Source: an uncultured virus (IMG/VR IMGVR_UViG_3300028393_000048)
Taxonomy: Duplodnaviria > Heunggongvirae > Uroviricota > Caudoviricetes
IMG/VR virus record: IMGVR_UViG_3300028393_000048
Coordinates: 1 to 64,000 of that record
Strand: one strand, 5' to 3'
Length of the DNA: 64,000 nt
Below, piece after piece: positions 59,722-64,000 of this stretch. Position 1 is the stretch's first letter, and every line of letters starts with the position of its first letter. The notes below the pieces were generated by a model that worked only from the letters and a program-made list of their open reading frames with translations, was not told the origin of the DNA and searched no databases. Both the position numbers and the translations under genes were made by a program.

Positions 59722-61119
59722 TTAAATGTCATCATCGTTTGAATAATTTTGTGCACTATTTAATATATCTGTTATACTTGGATTGGAATCTGTATTTAAA
59801 TTCTTGGGTGCAGATCCCTTTAATGTGTAGTTAAACACTACTTCATCAAGTTCGGTAATTGATAAAGTTGGATAATCAATTTTTAATTGTGTATGAATAC
59901 CTCTTCCACCAAATCGATTTTTAGCAATACCCAAATGGATAATACCAAGCTCAAAATCCTTTTCATCAACCCAAATTGGGAACTGTGCATCAGCAGTATG
60001 AGCTAATCCCATAGATTCACTGGTTGTTTCTAAGTCTGGCATCTCGTTTTTGTAACCAGATCGATTGGTTTGTGTTGCTGTAATGATTGGACATTCAAAC
60101 TTATAAGTTAATGCTCTGACATATTCGGTTATTTCCTTAATAGTGTCATAAGAATTCTTATTGGCAGTGTTGGGTGCAATCAAATTCAAATAATCCAAAA
60201 TGATTGCATCGGGTTTAACACCATTTTTAATAAGTTTCTCAATATAAGTTTTAATACCCAAAACCGTAATGCCTTTGGTTGGAAATTCTTTGATGATTAA
60301 TTTACTATCACTGTTCTTAACCTTATACTGATTAAGTTTATTCCTTAATGGTTCAATTTGTAGTTTCAAATCATTGGAAGGAATCCTTGATAAGGATGCA
60401 CTTATTCTTTTTGCATAAACATGCTCTGGCATTTCCAATGTTATAAGAACAACTGTTTTGTTTTGATTAAGAATATTGGTTGCAATATTACCTAAGAAGA
60501 TGGATTTACCAACGTTTGTTGATCCGTAGAAAACATAAAGTGCTCTACCATCTTTAAGAAAGCCACCTCCAATGTTTTTGTCGAGCCATTTCCACCCTGT
60601 TGAGATTCTTTCTTCTGTTTTTAGAAGCTCATCAACATGTTCATCAATACTCTCCAAGTAATCCAACCCAAGATTATCTATCAAAGAAATGTTACAGGCT
60701 TCTTCAAACTTTTTAAGAATATTTTCGCTGTCGATATCGCCACTTTGAACATCTACCGAAGTATTAAAATAGGTATTTAAAATTGCCTTCTGTTTTAACC
60801 ACCTTTCTGTATTTTTTATCAAAACTTCTTTATCATATGTCTTATCAATTTTATCAAAAGACAACAAAACTCTCTTCAATGATTGTTTATCTTCTTCGGA
60901 AACCAAATGCGCTTTGATCTCTGTTATATTTGGTACTGCATTATGCTCTTCGTAATAAGAATTTACAATATTAAATATTGTTTTGATATCCTTATCCTTA
61001 AAAAAAGAAGGTTTTGCGTGATCAAAAATCGTTTCCAAGTACGATTGATCCATGATTGAGTTGAATATGATTATCTTTTCATACTCAACTAAATCTAAAG
61101 GAAGCTGTTTTTTATCCAT
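59722..61119 (-). CDS. gp41: DnaB-like replicative helicase
   Basis: STGW..LD...GGG, G.TNVGKS, ITLEM, IKEFPT, DYLNLI, TATQTNRSG, SES.GL..TAD, KNRFG. Confidence 0.95.
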   Translation of the reverse strand: MDKKQLPLDLVEYEKIIIFNSIMDQSYLETIFDHAKPSFFKDKDIKTIFNIVNSYYEEHNAVPNITEIKAHLVSEEDKQSLKRVLLSFDKIDKTYDKEVLIKNTERWLKQKAILNTYFNTSVDVQSGDIDSENILKKFEEACNISLIDNLGLDYLESIDEHVDELLKTEERISTGWKWLDKNIGGGFLKDGRALYVFYGSTNVGKSIFLGNIATNILNQNKTVVLITLEMPEHVYAKRISASLSRIPSNDLKLQIEPLRNKLNQYKVKNSDSKLIIKEFPTKGITVLGIKTYIEKLIKNGVKPDAIILDYLNLIAPNTANKNSYDTIKEITEYVRALTYKFECPIITATQTNRSGYKNEMPDLETTSESMGLAHTADAQFPIWVDEKDFELGIIHLGIAKNRFGGRGIHTQLKIDYPTLSITELDEVVFNYTLKGSAPKNLNTDSNPSITDILNSAQNYSNDDDI

Positions 61120-61160
61120 TAAACTATTATAAGTTGCTTCTCACACAAAAGCAACTCATA
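61120..61160 (-). promoter_or_regulatory. Sigma70-type promoter inside an inverted repeat
   Basis: TTGCTT-N17-TATAAT-N6-ATG; imperfect palindrome 61128-61160. Confidence 0.6.
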
Positions 61161-61162
61161 AA

Positions 61163-61399
61163 TCATTTGTTTCCCCAAGTTGTCCCTGCGAACAAATTAC
61201 CAATACCCGTAGTAACTTTATTACCAACCTGAACACCTTTATTTGCACAACAAGTAGATTGTGTAGGAGTTGTTTCGGTTACTTCGGTTGTTTGAGCGGT
61301 ATTAGAATCATTTTTAACTAAGTCGTACTTCTTCGTGAAGTATTCAAGTAGTTCTTCTTCTGTTCCACTAATAATTTCTTTTGTTGTCGTATTAATCAT
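61163..61399 (-). CDS. Hypothetical protein
   Basis: 78-aa T-rich ORF. Confidence 0.5.
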   Translation of the reverse strand: MINTTTKEIISGTEEELLEYFTKKYDLVKNDSNTAQTTEVTETTPTQSTCCANKGVQVGNKVTTGIGNLFAGTTWGNK

Positions 61400-61408
61400 A
61401 TAATAAAT

Positions 61409-62527
61409 TTACTCCAATGTTAAAGATTGTCCAGAATCATTTTTAAATGATAGACCAATTTGAAGTTTTTCTTCTAATTTTGGAAGAATTTTATTCCAAA
61501 CTGCTTCATCATCTTTCCATTCTTTGAAGAAACCGAGATTTTCACCATTAAAAACGTATCTATGACCATTTTTTTCAATAACTCCGTAACCTTCTGCCAT
61601 TTCAACAAGACCAGAATATTTGTTTAATCCAGTTCTAAAGTTCAAATACATCTCAATTTCTAAAAATGGAGTAACAAATCGATTTTTTGTGGTCAATGCT
61701 CTTAATGTTAAACCATTAATACCCTTTGATAGCAAAGTTGTTTCTACATTTGAATCTTTATTCTTACTATCTTCCGATCTTTCGGCTTTTTTTGCCATTT
61801 GAACAATTACAGATGCCATATAAAGGGGTCCAGAGCCACCTGCTTGCTTCTTAATTGCACTAGGATGGAGTTGTGAAGGATCATCATAAATATGATTGGT
61901 AAAAATCACAGGACAATTTGCTTTTGCGGCAGAATGTGTGATTGCTCTCATCATTGATTTAAGGGATTTTGCACGATTTCCCATGTCTGGAGTGTCAGAA
62001 CCCTCGTCAATCTTCTTTTTCTCTTGTGCGGTGATTAAATTACCCAAAGAATCGATAACAAGAAGTACTTTACCGTGTAAACCCTTTTCAATAACCGTAT
62101 CAAGGAACTTTACAATTTGATTTCTGCAATTTTCAGTCACTTCACTAGGAACATGTTTAATTTTTGATGTATCACACCCAAGTCTCTTTGCTGTATTCTC
62201 ATCCAATGCACCCTCTGTGTCAAAATATGCAATATGCATATCTTTTTTCTGTGCATTAGCCATAACTTTGTTACACATAAGTGTTTTACCACATGATTCA
62301 GGTCCAATAAAGCCTGTAAGTCTTCCCATTGGTACTCCACCATAAAGCGAACCAGATATAATAGCATTTAAAGCGTATGATCCTGTATCAATCCATTCAT
62401 TCACGCTTGAAAGACTGCCATCATCCAAGAATGCTGCTTCTGGGTTAAGGTCAGAAAGCACTTTAAATGCATCTTCTACATTACCGTTTTTAACTTCATC
62501 TATTTCTTCGATTTTCTTTTTAGCCAT
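61409..62527 (-). CDS. uvsX: RecA/UvsX recombinase
   Basis: IDTGSYALN..ISGS..GG.P.GR, GPESCGKT, FDTE.A, IDSLGNL, DMG.RA, GG.G..Y.AS, KNRF. Confidence 0.93.
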   Translation of the reverse strand: MAKKKIEEIDEVKNGNVEDAFKVLSDLNPEAAFLDDGSLSSVNEWIDTGSYALNAIISGSLYGGVPMGRLTGFIGPESCGKTLMCNKVMANAQKKDMHIAYFDTEGALDENTAKRLGCDTSKIKHVPSEVTENCRNQIVKFLDTVIEKGLHGKVLLVIDSLGNLITAQEKKKIDEGSDTPDMGNRAKSLKSMMRAITHSAAKANCPVIFTNHIYDDPSQLHPSAIKKQAGGSGPLYMASVIVQMAKKAERSEDSKNKDSNVETTLLSKGINGLTLRALTTKNRFVTPFLEIEMYLNFRTGLNKYSGLVEMAEGYGVIEKNGHRYVFNGENLGFFKEWKDDEAVWNKILPKLEEKLQIGLSFKNDSGQSLTLE

Positions 62528-62546
62528 ATATCCTATATTAACAGAA

Positions 62547-62577
62547 AAACCCAGAATGTCAAAAACATTCTGGGTTT
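62547..62577 (-). terminator. Hairpin/terminator overlapping the uvsX -35 box
   Basis: aaacccagaatgt-N5-acattctgggttt; T-run on - strand. Confidence 0.6.
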
Positions 62578-62606
62578 CCTACTGGTTTCTTTGATCAGAT
62601 TACGAA

Positions 62607-62987
62607 TTACTCATCAAAAAGATTAATTACTGAACTTGAATCCTGCTGCGGTGTTGGAGGAACAAAAGCATTGTTCTGATTAAACATCTGAAGATACTGA
62701 GCCTGAAGACGGAAATCAAGAGCATCAATATCGGTGACACTAATCCTTGAATTATCATAAGTGATGTTAACATCACCTGTCTTATCAGCGAGAAACTCCC
62801 TAAAAAAGATTGGTAGTAACTGAACGGACATCTTACCTTGATTGTCTGCTGGGATTACGTGAAGAACTACTGGGTTCTTGATTACGGTTTTCGTTGTATC
62901 CGTAGCCTCAACAGTCTCACCAAGAATGGTGCGACCAACTGAATCTAGGATTATGGTTAGTTTTGTTTTGTCTGTTGTTGTTGTCAT
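62607..62987 (-). CDS. Hypothetical protein, possible Sm-like fold
   Basis: G.TILGE......IKNP..L.......LLP beta pattern. Confidence 0.5.
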   Translation of the reverse strand: MTTTTDKTKLTIILDSVGRTILGETVEATDTTKTVIKNPVVLHVIPADNQGKMSVQLLPIFFREFLADKTGDVNITYDNSRISVTDIDALDFRLQAQYLQMFNQNNAFVPPTPQQDSSSVINLFDE

Positions 62988-63042
62988 ATAATAAGATTTA
63001 GAAGTGCTTATTAATTATGCAAGGGGGTAAATATTAAAAATA

Positions 63043-63468
63043 ATGAAAGAATATCAAAAAACTTATAGAGATTTGATTTTATATAATCCACCGACATTTG
63101 ACAGTAAGAATATAACTAGTTTTGATGGTGATACATATGAATCAAAATCGTTTATTGCCTATAGAGTTGAATATAAAATAAAATATTCTGACAAAGATGA
63201 AATATATGTATCAGGGTATGATTTTATAACAGAAAAGGATGCCGAGATAGCAATGATTTCTTTTTTTGATAAACTTATAAACGAATTAGACCCCAAGATT
63301 GCAAATAAACACTTACAAACTTTCGATGATGGAAATAAAACTTTAGAAATGAATGAAGATCCGTTTGCTAAATTAAGAAAAGATTTAGGAATGCCCCCGT
63401 ATGATCCAGATAAACCAAAAACACTTAAAAAGTTTATTAAAGGTCGTTTAAGAGATATCCCATCCTAG
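63043..63468 (+). CDS. Hypothetical protein
   Basis: 141 aa; TAAATA box upstream. Confidence 0.55.
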   Translation: MKEYQKTYRDLILYNPPTFDSKNITSFDGDTYESKSFIAYRVEYKIKYSDKDEIYVSGYDFITEKDAEIAMISFFDKLINELDPKIANKHLQTFDDGNKTLEMNEDPFAKLRKDLGMPPYDPDKPKTLKKFIKGRLRDIPS

Positions 63469-63494
63469 TGCTTTTGATATATTTGGAAACTTTT

Positions 63495-64000
63495 TCATGA
63501 TAATAATGCAATTAAATCAGTATGTTCTTCGCAACCGATCTCAGGCGTGGGCCACCCAATGATGTTAAAAATCTTAGTAACAACTGGCATGACAGTTTTT
63601 TCAAACATCATTTTGTAATCTGGTTTAATATATTTTTGAATTTCAACTGGTAATTCATCGGTAAATGCAAAAACGTCATAACCAAATTTATTCTTCTTGC
63701 AATAAAATACCTTTAATTTAGTTCCAGTTTGAATTGGATGATACTTGTTGGTAAGATTTAATTTCTTGAGTAGTATATTAAAGTAAATTGCAGCTTTGGT
63801 GTGACCCTGCGTACCCTTTGCAACTTGTTCATCTTTAACTTTGTCTTGATACTCCTTTAATTTGTTTACTCTCTTTCTAATTGCAATCGCATCGACGGGA
63901 AAACTACAAAAATCTTCATATCCATTTTGAAATAGTTGATTGGCTTTCTTTCTGTCTTTTGATAGAATAGCAGACTCCACAATTGATTTAATTAATACCT
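63495..64000 (-). CDS. gp43: Family B DNA polymerase, C-terminal part (runs off window)
   Basis: H.KAAI.FN.LL, I..G.K.K..Y, DY..MFEK, IGW; frame is open to the window end. Confidence 0.85.
   Translation of the reverse strand, partial: VLIKSIVESAILSKDRKKANQLFQNGYEDFCSFPVDAIAIRKRVNKLKEYQDKVKDEQVAKGTQGHTKAAIYFNILLKKLNLTNKYHPIQTGTKLKVFYCKKNKFGYDVFAFTDELPVEIQKYIKPDYKMMFEKTVMPVVTKIFNIIGWPTPEIGCEEHTDLIALLS

Noticed and set aside
24277..62527. Inteins or introns in nrdA, terminase, helicase or UvsX
   Set aside because: Lengths are ordinary, motifs contiguous and no splice-junction motifs evident

Overview
64-kb, AT-rich segment of a large T4-like (myovirus-type) bacteriophage genome read in the standard code. 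1-5 kb: tRNA cluster (Asn partial, Gln, Tyr, Val, Ala, plus an orphan tRNA 3' half), a one-piece tmRNA and a frameshifted HNH gene. 5-22 kb: early/accessory region of small genes behind sigma70-type promoters, including a repeated promoter element, a candidate ~115-nt structured RNA, a PEP-CTERM protein with secreted neighbours, gmd/fcl/cysC and a DNA methyltransferase. 22-35 kb: nucleotide metabolism (dCMP deaminase, NrdA/NrdB, PhoH), an AAA+/nuclease pair and putative internal head proteins. 35-56 kb: sheath, tube, baseplate, tape measure, large terminase and a split gp5. 56-64 kb: replication genes (clamp, gp32, gp41, UvsX, gp43 C-terminus). Main highlights: a possible host-surface remodelling module (PEP-CTERM cargo, a minimal PEP-CTERM peptide, GDP-fucose and PAPS enzymes), widespread leaderless gene starts, a promoter repeat carrying an anti-Shine-Dalgarno sequence, a tmRNA with a 34-codon tag and an unclassified RNA. 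All family assignments come from motif recognition by eye; no searches were run. A few starts were moved from the ORF track using promoter position.
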